From NCBI GenBank assembly GCA_041737355.1, contig JBGSRW010000007.1, positions 10,556 to 74,555 of the forward strand: a DNA stretch of 64,000 nt. Reading direction: 5' to 3'. The position numbers were made by a program, and so were the translations under genes. Source of the stretch: Patescibacteria group bacterium. GTDB lineage: Bacteria > Patescibacteriota > Patescibacteriia > XYB2-FULL-38-15. The notes beneath the pieces were generated by a model. It saw nothing but the letters and a program-made list of their open reading frames with translations. It was not told where the DNA came from and made no database searches. Shown here in pieces: positions 30,407 to 38,961 of the stretch; the stretch's first letter is position 1, and every line of letters begins with the position of its first letter.

Positions 30407-31147
30407 ATGTCCAGACATTCAAAGTGGTCAAAAATCAAACACCAAAAGGGCGCCGATGATGTAAAAAGGAGCGCCCTTTTTACGCGTCTCTCCAAAAATA
30501 TTACGCTCGCCGTACGCGAAGGCGGCGGAGGAGATCCAAAGATGAATTTCAAACTGCGGCTTGCCGTCGACCAGGCCAAAGCGGTCAATCTGCCGAAAGA
30601 TACTGTTGACCGGGCGATCCAGAAAGGCCTTGGGGTTTCGGCCGACGGCACGGTTATTGAGCGGGTCCAGTATGAAGGATTTTTGCCCGGCGGCGGCGCG
30701 GTTATCATTGAATCCCTGACCGATAACAAAAACCGAACAAGCGGCGTCGTTAAAAGTCTCCTCGGGAACTATGGCGGAAACTTGGGCCTGCCGAACTCTG
30801 TAGCCTGGATGTTTGACCGAAAAGGCGTAGTGAGAATTTCAAATTATAAAAACTTTATCCAAAATTTTGATGATTTTCAGCTTAAGATGATTGACCTCGG
30901 CGCTGACGATATTCAGACCGAAGAAGAAGACCTAACAATTTATACCGTGCCGGAAAATCTGCAAAAAATCAGGGAAGGGCTGGAAAAAGAAAAAATAAAT
31001 CCGGACTACACTGAGCTGGAATTCGTCCCGAAAGAAAAAATAAATATTTCCGATCCGGCGCAAAAAGAAAAGATCGAAGAATTATTGAATGAACTTGATG
31101 ATAATGAAGAAGTAAATAATTATTACACCAATCTCAACGAATTCTAA
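30407..31147 (+). CDS. yebC: YebC/PmpR family protein
   Basis: MS.HSKWSKIKH.KG..D, YEG..PGG, TDNKNRT. Confidence 0.95.
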   Translation: MSRHSKWSKIKHQKGADDVKRSALFTRLSKNITLAVREGGGGDPKMNFKLRLAVDQAKAVNLPKDTVDRAIQKGLGVSADGTVIERVQYEGFLPGGGAVIIESLTDNKNRTSGVVKSLLGNYGGNLGLPNSVAWMFDRKGVVRISNYKNFIQNFDDFQLKMIDLGADDIQTEEEDLTIYTVPENLQKIREGLEKEKINPDYTELEFVPKEKINISDPAQKEKIEELLNELDDNEEVNNYYTNLNEF

Positions 31148-31164
31148 TCTTCCAGATTAAATAT

Positions 31165-31193
31165 AAAATTCCACCGTCATGGTGGAATTTTTT
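31165..31193. terminator. Bidirectional terminator
   Basis: aaaattccacc-gtcat-ggtggaatttt. Confidence 0.75.
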
Positions 31194-31207
31194 GTTATTG
31201 CTCTTTT

Positions 31208-31402
31208 TTATTCCAAAATTTCCTGTACCCGGCCGACTTGGCCGTCTTCCAGACGAACCTTGATCCCCCGCGGATGAGTCGGGGAATTCGTCAAAAGATC
31301 TTTCACAATTCCTTCGGTTAATTCTCCCGTCGGCTGATCTTTTTTTAAAACAACTTTCACCCGAAGTCCTGGCTTAATATCGTCTCGGTTGGTTGGGTCC
31401 AT
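31208..31402 (-). CDS. YwbE family (DUF2196) protein
   Basis: VLKKDQ.TG.LT.G.VKD.LTNS..HP.GIKVRL.DGQVGRV. Confidence 0.9.
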   Translation of the reverse strand: MDPTNRDDIKPGLRVKVVLKKDQPTGELTEGIVKDLLTNSPTHPRGIKVRLEDGQVGRVQEILE

Positions 31403-31425
31403 ATTATGTTAGGGATATTATCAAT

Positions 31426-33279
31426 TTATAAATTCCAACTCACCGGCAAAGTTCCCGTGAAAGGGAAATCGCCGAATAAAACATCCGCTACTCCGCTCCC
31501 TTCACTGCCCGGAAGCCATGCCGCGATAATTGCGTCCCAATCCTTCGCGTATTCTCCAATATCGAGCGGCCGGCCGGAAATTATAATAACAACAATTTTC
31601 TTACTGACTTTTTTTAGGTTATCAATAGTCTCAAGATCTTGGGCGGATAAACTTGGATTGGCGTTATCTCCCCACCCTTCAGCATAGGGCTTTTCCCCGA
31701 CAACCGCGATACCGAGATCAGCCAAGCCGTTCTGGCCGGGGAAATTACCATTTAAATTATATTCCACTTTAGCGCCGGGGGCCGCCGTTTCCCGTATGCC
31801 CTCCAAAATAGTTGTGCCGGGAATAAAATTACCATCAACACCCTGCCATTCTATCGTCCAGCCGCCCGCTTGCTTGCCAAGATTATCAGCCGCGGAACCG
31901 GCCACTAAAATTTTCTGGATATTTTTAGAAATTGGCAGCGCATCATTATTTTTTAATAATACCTGAGATTCGCGAACCGCTTTCCTGGCTAGCTCGCGGT
32001 GCTCGGCACTACCGATGACAGACAATCCATCTGATTCGGCTTGGGGGCGGTCAAATAATCCTGTTTTAAATTTTACTGTTAAAATCCTTTTCACGGCATC
32101 ATCCAACCGCTCTTTTGTTATGTCGCCATCCGCTATGGCTTTTTGCATATTGGACATAAAATCCTTGTATTCAAACGGAGTCATCACCATATCAATTCCC
32201 GCGTTCACCGCTCTGACCAAAGAATTATATTTGCTTGTTTCAATTTCATAAACCCCGTACCAATCGGAAACAATAAAGCCGGAAAAGCCCAGTTCGTTTT
32301 TCAGTATCTCTGTTAAAAGATGATAATTATCGGAATTTATTTTACCATTCCAACTGGCGGTACCAACCATAATAACCTGCGCTCCGCCAGCTATGGCTTT
32401 TTGAAAAGGAACCAGGTGGATTTCACGCAAAGTTTTTTCATCCAATGTTATATTCCCCTCCTCTACTTTGAATTTTTTGTTGCGGGAAGTCCCATATTCC
32501 ATAGCTCCGCCGCCTATAAAATGTTTGGGATTGGCTAATGCCATGAAATAATTATCCGAAGAATCTTGGGTCCCCTCAAGATAGGCCAGCCCCAATTCCG
32601 CTACGCTTGCGGTGTCCGATCCGAAAGTTTCATATGTTTTACCCCAACGGATATCTTTGGCAACATCAAGGTTGGGAGAAAAATTCCAATAAATTCCGGT
32701 GGCAGCCATCTCTTCGGCAGTTGCCCTTGCAACTTGTTTCACCAAATCCGGGTTTCTGGTTGCGCCTAACCCGATAAAATGAGGAAAAATCGTAGCCCCA
32801 AAAACATTGCCGTGGCCATGATTGGCATCAACCCCATACAAAAGAGGTATCCCCAAGCGAGTATCTTTGGCCGCGGACTGAAATCTATTTACCATTTTAA
32901 GCCACTCCAATGGGGTATTTTCCTTTGGCCCCGCCCCACCGCCGCTTAATAGCGCTCCTAGTCCGTATTTTGCAATATCATTAAAATCTCTGATACTGTT
33001 TTTTTCAATCAAGGCCATTTGCCCAATCTTCTCAGCGGTTGTCATTCTCTTTATCAGGTCGTCTGCCCTTGCTTCGGCTGATAATGCGGAGTTTTGATAA
33101 GGCAGATTTGTTTCGTGGCATTTAAGATCTTTTCCGTTACAAACCTTAACATATTCAATATCCGGACCCGGAGAAAAAAGGGATGGCAGGAAAAAAATAT
33201 AAACTAAAACCGCTGCAGTTAATAGAAGCGAAGCGGTTAAGAATAAAATTAATTTTTTGGAATGAAAGTTAAGATTCAC
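31426..33279 (-). CDS. Membrane-anchored GH3 beta-glucosidase
   Basis: EKIGQM, RLGIP..YGVDA.HG, KHF.G, F.GFIVSDW, ES.VLLKN, AWLPGSEG; N-terminal TM. Confidence 0.93.
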   Translation of the reverse strand: MNLNFHSKKLILFLTASLLLTAAVLVYIFFLPSLFSPGPDIEYVKVCNGKDLKCHETNLPYQNSALSAEARADDLIKRMTTAEKIGQMALIEKNSIRDFNDIAKYGLGALLSGGGAGPKENTPLEWLKMVNRFQSAAKDTRLGIPLLYGVDANHGHGNVFGATIFPHFIGLGATRNPDLVKQVARATAEEMAATGIYWNFSPNLDVAKDIRWGKTYETFGSDTASVAELGLAYLEGTQDSSDNYFMALANPKHFIGGGAMEYGTSRNKKFKVEEGNITLDEKTLREIHLVPFQKAIAGGAQVIMVGTASWNGKINSDNYHLLTEILKNELGFSGFIVSDWYGVYEIETSKYNSLVRAVNAGIDMVMTPFEYKDFMSNMQKAIADGDITKERLDDAVKRILTVKFKTGLFDRPQAESDGLSVIGSAEHRELARKAVRESQVLLKNNDALPISKNIQKILVAGSAADNLGKQAGGWTIEWQGVDGNFIPGTTILEGIRETAAPGAKVEYNLNGNFPGQNGLADLGIAVVGEKPYAEGWGDNANPSLSAQDLETIDNLKKVSKKIVVIIISGRPLDIGEYAKDWDAIIAAWLPGSEGSGVADVLFGDFPFTGTLPVSWNL

Positions 33280-33366
33280 AATAATTTATTACACGGGATA
33301 TTTTTTTAATTTCAGCTAACGTCAGGGATATGAGAAGTTGCGACCAACGGGAGCGATTTGGGTGAA

Positions 33367-33393
33367 GGGCAGAGGGGTTAGGGGTGAATGCCC
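33367..33393. repeat. 27-bp repeat copy 1 (GGGCA-17 nt G-rich spacer-TGCCC)
   Basis: gggcagaggggttaggggtgaatgccc; 25/27 identical to 34122..34148. Confidence 0.9.
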
Positions 33394-33408
33394 AAAATCT
33401 AAAACTCC

Positions 33409-34101
33409 TTATTTTATTTTAAATATGCGAAATAAATTAGTGAGTCTTCTTTCGGCGTTGGGAATATCAACGTCAAAATCCTTTACCCCTTTTTTATATA
33501 ATTCCCTGAGGTAAAGAGAGCACGAAAAAATCCAACAATAATCATAATCAAAATGTTTCTTTTCCATATTGTACCGACTGAAACTAGTAATCTTACTGCT
33601 TGGACATCTAACATCCCAAAATATTAACAATGGCTCTTGCGTATATGGGTCATCGATATCCCTATTGTTTTTTCTCATTTTAATTAGCACTTTATTCAAT
33701 CCGTTTTCGTCGCTATCGTTAAGTTCCAGAACGTCTTTTACCCAGTTTCTATTTGTCTTTTCCAAAAGATCGCGCTCGCTAATATCTACCGGCACATCTA
33801 ACCCTCCCATCGATCTGGAACACCAGCTTTTTATTTCTGTCTGAAAAAGTGTCTGCTTATCCTTAGTTTTCTCTATTATCCATCGATCCAACCGTCTACC
33901 CCTTATTGTGCCAAGTACTGGGATTTCTTTATTGGCATCAATTATTTGAACATTAGAGCCGCGCTCTTTTTCGCAGTAATGCTTGAATAGTGCTGCCCCC
34001 AGATCTTCCCCGACGACAGAAATGGCCGCGGTTGTATCTCCATAGCCAGTCGATTTTTTTATATCGAAGTATTCAAGCAATTCCTTTATATATAACTTCA
34101 T
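33409..34101 (-). CDS. Hypothetical protein, PD-(D/E)xK nuclease-like
   Basis: GEDL...LDRW...QTEIKS fits an E...D...ExK pattern; AT-rich; bracketed by repeats. Confidence 0.55.
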   Translation of the reverse strand: MKLYIKELLEYFDIKKSTGYGDTTAAISVVGEDLGAALFKHYCEKERGSNVQIIDANKEIPVLGTIRGRRLDRWIIEKTKDKQTLFQTEIKSWCSRSMGGLDVPVDISERDLLEKTNRNWVKDVLELNDSDENGLNKVLIKMRKNNRDIDDPYTQEPLLIFWDVRCPSSKITSFSRYNMEKKHFDYDYCWIFSCSLYLRELYKKGVKDFDVDIPNAERRLTNLFRIFKIK

Positions 34102-34121
34102 AAATTTGTTTTTTTGATTTT

Positions 34122-34148
34122 GGGCAGAGGAGTTAGGGGCGAATGCCC
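34122..34148. repeat. 27-bp repeat copy 2
   Basis: gggcagaggagttaggggcgaatgccc. Confidence 0.9.
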
Positions 34149-34163
34149 TGGAGCCAAGACGCC

Positions 34164-35150
34164 TTATTGTATTTCAAATTCTTGATCAACTTCTAATAAA
34201 TGAGTTTTTAACTCGTTAATTCCAGCGTCAAGAGCGTCAATGTAAACTTCAAGTTCATAATTTTCAAAATTACCTGTATTTTTAAATGTTTCGATTTTGC
34301 TAAATACATAATCTAGTTTTTTGATTACTTCTTCTGTTCCGGGAATCCTCAAAGTTTCGCCAAATTTACCATAACGATTTTCTAAACTTTTTCTTATTTT
34401 TTTATATAATTCGTAATAATGATTAAAACTAGGCCATGCTAAATGGTCATTCCAAGAAACACCATAAATAAGATTTATCTGATACAGAGAAGGTTTGTTT
34501 AATAGATCAGATAATTTTTCATTTTTAAATATTTTTTTATGTTGTTTCTCTTCTTTTTGAATCTCTTTCATAACTATTTCTAATTCATTTCCGAGATGTT
34601 TATCTTGCTGACTAATAATATCCGAAAATTTTATCGTTTTACTTTCTGTTTTTGAATGCATCCACAGCACATATCGGAAACCGTCTTTACTCAAAGACGA
34701 ACGGTCAATAGTACAAGAGGTAATTTCATCATTTTCAAATTTTGATTTTTTGCCTTTGTTTTCTTTTTTAACAGGGTGCCCTATGGTTTCGTTTCTGACT
34801 TGTCTAATTTTAAATAGTTCAAAATATTTTTTGTCTTTCCAATCAATTTTATTACTTATACCAAATAAGGATATTTTTAAAAAGTTTACGGCGTCTTGTT
34901 GAATAAAAAGAGCTTGTAAAAGTCCGTAAGTCGCTAGATATGGATTTTTTATAAATAAATCATTTGGATCTTTTTGGAAATTTTCGATTGCTAAGCAGGT
35001 ATCCTCAAGCGTATCTAATGCCGCACAAAATTGATTCCAGTCTCCGCTCTGTTTTCTAGAATAAACTTGTGTCTTTTTTATTGTTGAATTATTAAAAAGC
35101 TCTCTAATCTGATGACTAACTTCCAAAATTTTAAATTTATTATCAACCAT
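34164..35150 (-). CDS. Hypothetical protein, possible HEPN-type RNase
   Basis: Helical protein with RNETIGH (Rx5H) motif; very AT-rich; directly downstream of the methyltransferase. Confidence 0.55.
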   Translation of the reverse strand: MVDNKFKILEVSHQIRELFNNSTIKKTQVYSRKQSGDWNQFCAALDTLEDTCLAIENFQKDPNDLFIKNPYLATYGLLQALFIQQDAVNFLKISLFGISNKIDWKDKKYFELFKIRQVRNETIGHPVKKENKGKKSKFENDEITSCTIDRSSLSKDGFRYVLWMHSKTESKTIKFSDIISQQDKHLGNELEIVMKEIQKEEKQHKKIFKNEKLSDLLNKPSLYQINLIYGVSWNDHLAWPSFNHYYELYKKIRKSLENRYGKFGETLRIPGTEEVIKKLDYVFSKIETFKNTGNFENYELEVYIDALDAGINELKTHLLEVDQEFEIQ

Positions 35151-35169
35151 AGCCGAGACTCCTTAATAT

Positions 35170-36420
35170 TTATGCAGCGAGCGCAAATAATTGTTGCTGA
35201 GCACATGTAGGTGCTTCGATTTCTTCTTTAACTTCACCGTTAAGCATTTTTATTATCATATCTCCAATATAATATCCAAGATTTACAGGCACAGCATTTC
35301 CTATTTGCTTGTACTGCTGGGAAACAGAACCGGAAAATTTCCAATTATCTGGAAACGTCTGAATTCGTGCATATTCGCGTACTGTTAAAGGGCGTGTTTC
35401 TTCCGGATGACAACGTTCAGTCTGTTTTTGGGCTGGGCTGCAAGTTAAAGTTAAAGAAGGTTCATCCCATGATAATCGCCTCGCCATACCAGTTTTACCG
35501 CCACCCATAAAATAACTAGCCCCCATATATTCTTTTTGAAGATTTTCTGGGAGATCTCTCCAATATCCACCCGGAGGAATTAATTCCAATATTTTTTTCT
35601 TTTTTGGGGGGTACTCTTGACCCTCAGATTTTGGACATTTATAGAATGCTTCGCGCAAGGGGATTATGTAGTCTTTTTCTTTGGGGAATGAAATAGGGAT
35701 ATCTAGATCTTTTCTAACTCCAATAATTATTAAGCGCTCTCTTTTTTGTGGGATATCTAAATATTGAGATCGTAAAATTTTGTATTTGACTCTATATCCG
35801 AGTTCTTCCAAAACACTAACCATCGTTTTAATCGTTCTTCCGTCATCATGGTTTAATAAACCTTTAACATTTTCGCCGATCGCAATTTTTGGCTTAACTT
35901 CCTTGACGCATCTGGCAAATTCAAAAAACAAAGTCCCCCTTATATCTTCAAACCCCATTTTGTTTCCAGCACAAGAAAAAGCCTGACAAGGAAAACCGCC
36001 TTGAACTATATCAGCTTGTCCTTCAAAAAATTTAAGTTCCCTAATATCACCTTCGACCACGTTCCAGTTTGGTTTATTTGTTCGAAGTGTTTCGCAGGCA
36101 TGCTTGTCATATTCGTTTAGTAGAACATGATCAATTCCTGCATTTTCCATTCCTAAGGCAGTACCACCAGCGCCGGCAAATAGCTCAATCGCTGTATACG
36201 GAGACATTTTATGATTTTTTAAAATTTTAAATTTACTTTTTTTATCTCCGCTTGTCCTATTTTGAATCCTTTCTATTTCATCTAAGCAAAATATGCGATC
36301 ATTCCTCTCATTCCGAAAAGCTTTTATCAGTCCTTTTTTATCCCATCTTCTAATGGTATCTATGGAAGTACCTAATTTTAAAGCCACTTCTCCAGCAGTA
36401 AAAAATTTATCGTTTTTCAT
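35170..36420 (-). CDS. C5 DNA cytosine methyltransferase with N-terminal MerR-like HTH
   Basis: ELFAGAGG, GGFPCQ, ENVKG, PQKRER, YKQIGNAVP; N-terminal VA..LG.SIDTIRRWD..G. Confidence 0.95.
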   Translation of the reverse strand: MKNDKFFTAGEVALKLGTSIDTIRRWDKKGLIKAFRNERNDRIFCLDEIERIQNRTSGDKKSKFKILKNHKMSPYTAIELFAGAGGTALGMENAGIDHVLLNEYDKHACETLRTNKPNWNVVEGDIRELKFFEGQADIVQGGFPCQAFSCAGNKMGFEDIRGTLFFEFARCVKEVKPKIAIGENVKGLLNHDDGRTIKTMVSVLEELGYRVKYKILRSQYLDIPQKRERLIIIGVRKDLDIPISFPKEKDYIIPLREAFYKCPKSEGQEYPPKKKKILELIPPGGYWRDLPENLQKEYMGASYFMGGGKTGMARRLSWDEPSLTLTCSPAQKQTERCHPEETRPLTVREYARIQTFPDNWKFSGSVSQQYKQIGNAVPVNLGYYIGDMIIKMLNGEVKEEIEAPTCAQQQLFALAA

Positions 36421-36426
36421 AAAAAA

Positions 36427-36479
36427 ATGATAGATAACTAATCTATCATAATTCTACCATATAACCTTTGCCTAGGCAA
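36427..36479 (-). promoter_or_regulatory. Methyltransferase promoter with palindromic operator
   Basis: TTGCCT-17 bp-TAGAAT on minus strand; perfect inverted repeat ATGATAGAT-N5-ATCTATCAT at 36427..36449. Confidence 0.7.
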
Positions 36480-36482
36480 TGG

Positions 36483-37190
36483 TTATTTTGTGGAAAAAGC
36501 TAATTTAAATAGCTCAAAATACTTTCGAGCTTCCCTTTTGCTTAATTTAAACTTATATTTATCCACCAAAATATGGGACAGCGCCTCAAATAGCTCCTGC
36601 AGAGCATACTTTCGGCCAGTAGCTAGGGCATAAAAGCTTATGCCATCAATTACCCTGATATTTTTAACCCTCGGCCGTCGTTTTTTAGTCTTGTTGTCTG
36701 AGGGCGTAAAAGGTTTATCATACTTATGTTTTCCCTGTGGTATAACTTCCACATAATATCCAATAAAGTCTTTGTATTTTACATTTTTAAGTTTAGATTT
36801 TATGGCGTCATAGATTTCAACCTTATGATTGCCCTTTGTTGTATTAAATTTATTTTTTACTTCAACAATAATTTTCATATTATCACTTGCGACATCTAAC
36901 ACTCCACCCACGCCGAGGTTTTTCCAACCCGGAACAGCTCCTAAAATTTCTTGATGAAAATCACCAATAGCATTTTGCATTGTTTTTTGAGATTGCCTGG
37001 CTTTTTCTTGTTCGATCCATTCTTTATAAGTTATGGCATGTGTTACACCATGAAATAAGGCAGAAAAAGGGTCAATAACATTTTTATGCAGATTATTGCC
37101 CGCTTCATGTTCCGCTGTTTCTATTATTTTAACAACCTTTCCTACGGCGGAAATCAAGTTTTTGTCGGATATAAATTTTAGGTAGGGCAT
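36483..37190 (-). CDS. Type II restriction endonuclease, Eco47II-like
   Basis: NVIDPF, E..RQ.QKT.QNAIG.FHQ, LDV......VEVKNK.NT, FYALATG; adjacent to a C5 methyltransferase. Confidence 0.82.
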   Translation of the reverse strand: MPYLKFISDKNLISAVGKVVKIIETAEHEAGNNLHKNVIDPFSALFHGVTHAITYKEWIEQEKARQSQKTMQNAIGDFHQEILGAVPGWKNLGVGGVLDVASDNMKIIVEVKNKFNTTKGNHKVEIYDAIKSKLKNVKYKDFIGYYVEVIPQGKHKYDKPFTPSDNKTKKRRPRVKNIRVIDGISFYALATGRKYALQELFEALSHILVDKYKFKLSKREARKYFELFKLAFSTK

Positions 37191-37345
37191 AAATAATGAT
37201 TAAAGTTAATAAAATTGTTTTATACGTGCCTCTATTGTCCTTCGGCTTAACTTGAATATTGTGCTAATTTTCTGTATAATTTAAATAAGTTTATGTTATT
37301 AGAGCATAGCAACAAATACGCCCTAATGCAACGATATTTTACCTT

Positions 37346-37828
37346 ATGATAATCTTAGGAATTGACCCGGGATTTGCGAGAACCGGCTGGGGGCTGGTCG
37401 CCGAAGAAAACAAAAATCTGCGCCTGCTCGGCTACGGCTGCATTGAGACAACTGCCAAAACGCCTTTCCCGATGAGATTAAAAAAAATCTACCGGGAACT
37501 CGGCAAAATTATTACCGACTTCGGACCGACGGCCGTCGCGGTTGAAAAAATATTTTTCTGCAAGAATGTCAAAACCGCGGTTGATGTCGGCCAGGCCAGA
37601 GGCGTTATTGTGCTCGCGGCCGCGGAAAACAATCTGAAAATCCACGAATTCACTCCGCTTGAAGTCAAGCAGACAATCACCGGATTCGGAAAAGCGGACA
37701 AATCACAGATGCAAAAAATGGTAAAAATTCTCCTGAATCTTAAAGATATTCCAAAACCGGATGATGCGGCCGACGCCTTGGCTCTCGCGATTGCCGGAAT
37801 TGGGGCGCACCGCCTTTCTAAAATTTAA
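37346..37828 (+). CDS. ruvC: Holliday junction resolvase RuvC
   Basis: ILGIDPG...TGWG, AVE..FF..N, GQARGV, G.G.ADK.Q, PDDAADALA. Confidence 0.96.
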   Translation: MIILGIDPGFARTGWGLVAEENKNLRLLGYGCIETTAKTPFPMRLKKIYRELGKIITDFGPTAVAVEKIFFCKNVKTAVDVGQARGVIVLAAAENNLKIHEFTPLEVKQTITGFGKADKSQMQKMVKILLNLKDIPKPDDAADALALAIAGIGAHRLSKI

Positions 37829-37870
37829 AGATTAAAACAGCCCGCTTTTATTTTGCGGGGCTAATATTAT

Positions 37871-38950
37871 ATGGATAAAAAAATTCAAAAACTGATTGAA
37901 ATCTCCCGCGAGGTTATCCGCGATTCGGCTCTCGAGAACGGAGCGATTGTCGCGACTAATACCGACAAAGCTTATTACCCTCGTGAGGCGGCAAATTACC
38001 GCTGGGTCTGGCCGCGCGACGCGAGCTATATCTGCGTTGCGGCGGAAGTTTTAAAACTCCCGATCCAGGAACCTTTTTTCGACTGGCTCTATCACCGCCC
38101 TAAAGATTTCAAAAAAGATAAGGTTCTTTTCGCCAACTATTCGACGAATGGCCAATATGGCAGCATGGGCAGATTGTTGCAGATAGACCAGGCCGGCTCG
38201 GTCCTTTGGGCGATTTACGAACATTATAAAAAAAATCCCAAAAAAGCCGTGAAGCACCGCGACCTGATCGAGCGGCTGGCTAATGGCATCACCTCAAACT
38301 GGGACAAGACGCATTTTCTGCCTCATACCGTCGATCTTTGGGAAGAACCGCACCGGCAAACCACGACAACCATGGAGAATAATTTTACCTACTCGCTTTC
38401 CGCCTGCGCCAGAGGCCTGCTTTCCGCTTCGGAACTGCTTTCAAACCAAATTTGGAAAGAGGTTGCCATGCAGATGCTCAACGAGATAAACGAGGCCTAC
38501 AGTAAAAAGGACGGTTATTTTTTCCGCAACAAAGGAAAGGTTTCCGACACAAATGTTGACGCCTCTCTTCTGGGCATTGTCTGGCCGTTTGAAATTTGCG
38601 CTCCGGATGACGAAAGAATGATAAATACCGTCAAAAAAATTGAAGAAAGAATTGTTTTTGACGGAGGAGTCCATCGCTATGAGAATGATTATTTTGACGG
38701 GGAAGGTTCGGCCCAGGAGGGCGGCGGCTCCTGGCCTCTCTTAAATTTTTGGCTGGCGATTTACTGGGCAAAAAAGGGCGACCAAAAAAAGGCCCTAACT
38801 TATTACAATTGGGTAATCGACCGGATTGATAAATTTGGCGGCTATATACCGGAACAGGTTTTCGAAGATTTCCGTATCGGCGTCTACCCACTGGTTTGGG
38901 CGCACGCCATGTTTATTCTGGCATCAGAATCCCTTGGATACATCAAATAA
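37871..38950 (+). CDS. Glycoside hydrolase family 15 (glucoamylase-like)
   Basis: Y..VWPRDA, Q.DQ.G, DLWEE, DASLL, GG..RYE.D.Y, PEQ, PL.W.HA. Confidence 0.87.
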   Translation: MDKKIQKLIEISREVIRDSALENGAIVATNTDKAYYPREAANYRWVWPRDASYICVAAEVLKLPIQEPFFDWLYHRPKDFKKDKVLFANYSTNGQYGSMGRLLQIDQAGSVLWAIYEHYKKNPKKAVKHRDLIERLANGITSNWDKTHFLPHTVDLWEEPHRQTTTTMENNFTYSLSACARGLLSASELLSNQIWKEVAMQMLNEINEAYSKKDGYFFRNKGKVSDTNVDASLLGIVWPFEICAPDDERMINTVKKIEERIVFDGGVHRYENDYFDGEGSAQEGGGSWPLLNFWLAIYWAKKGDQKKALTYYNWVIDRIDKFGGYIPEQVFEDFRIGVYPLVWAHAMFILASESLGYIK

Positions 38951-38961
38951 ACTAAAAGCTT

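Noticed and set aside
33367-34148. 27-bp repeats as a CRISPR array
   Set aside because: Only two copies, 755 bp apart with a gene between them, and no cas genes.
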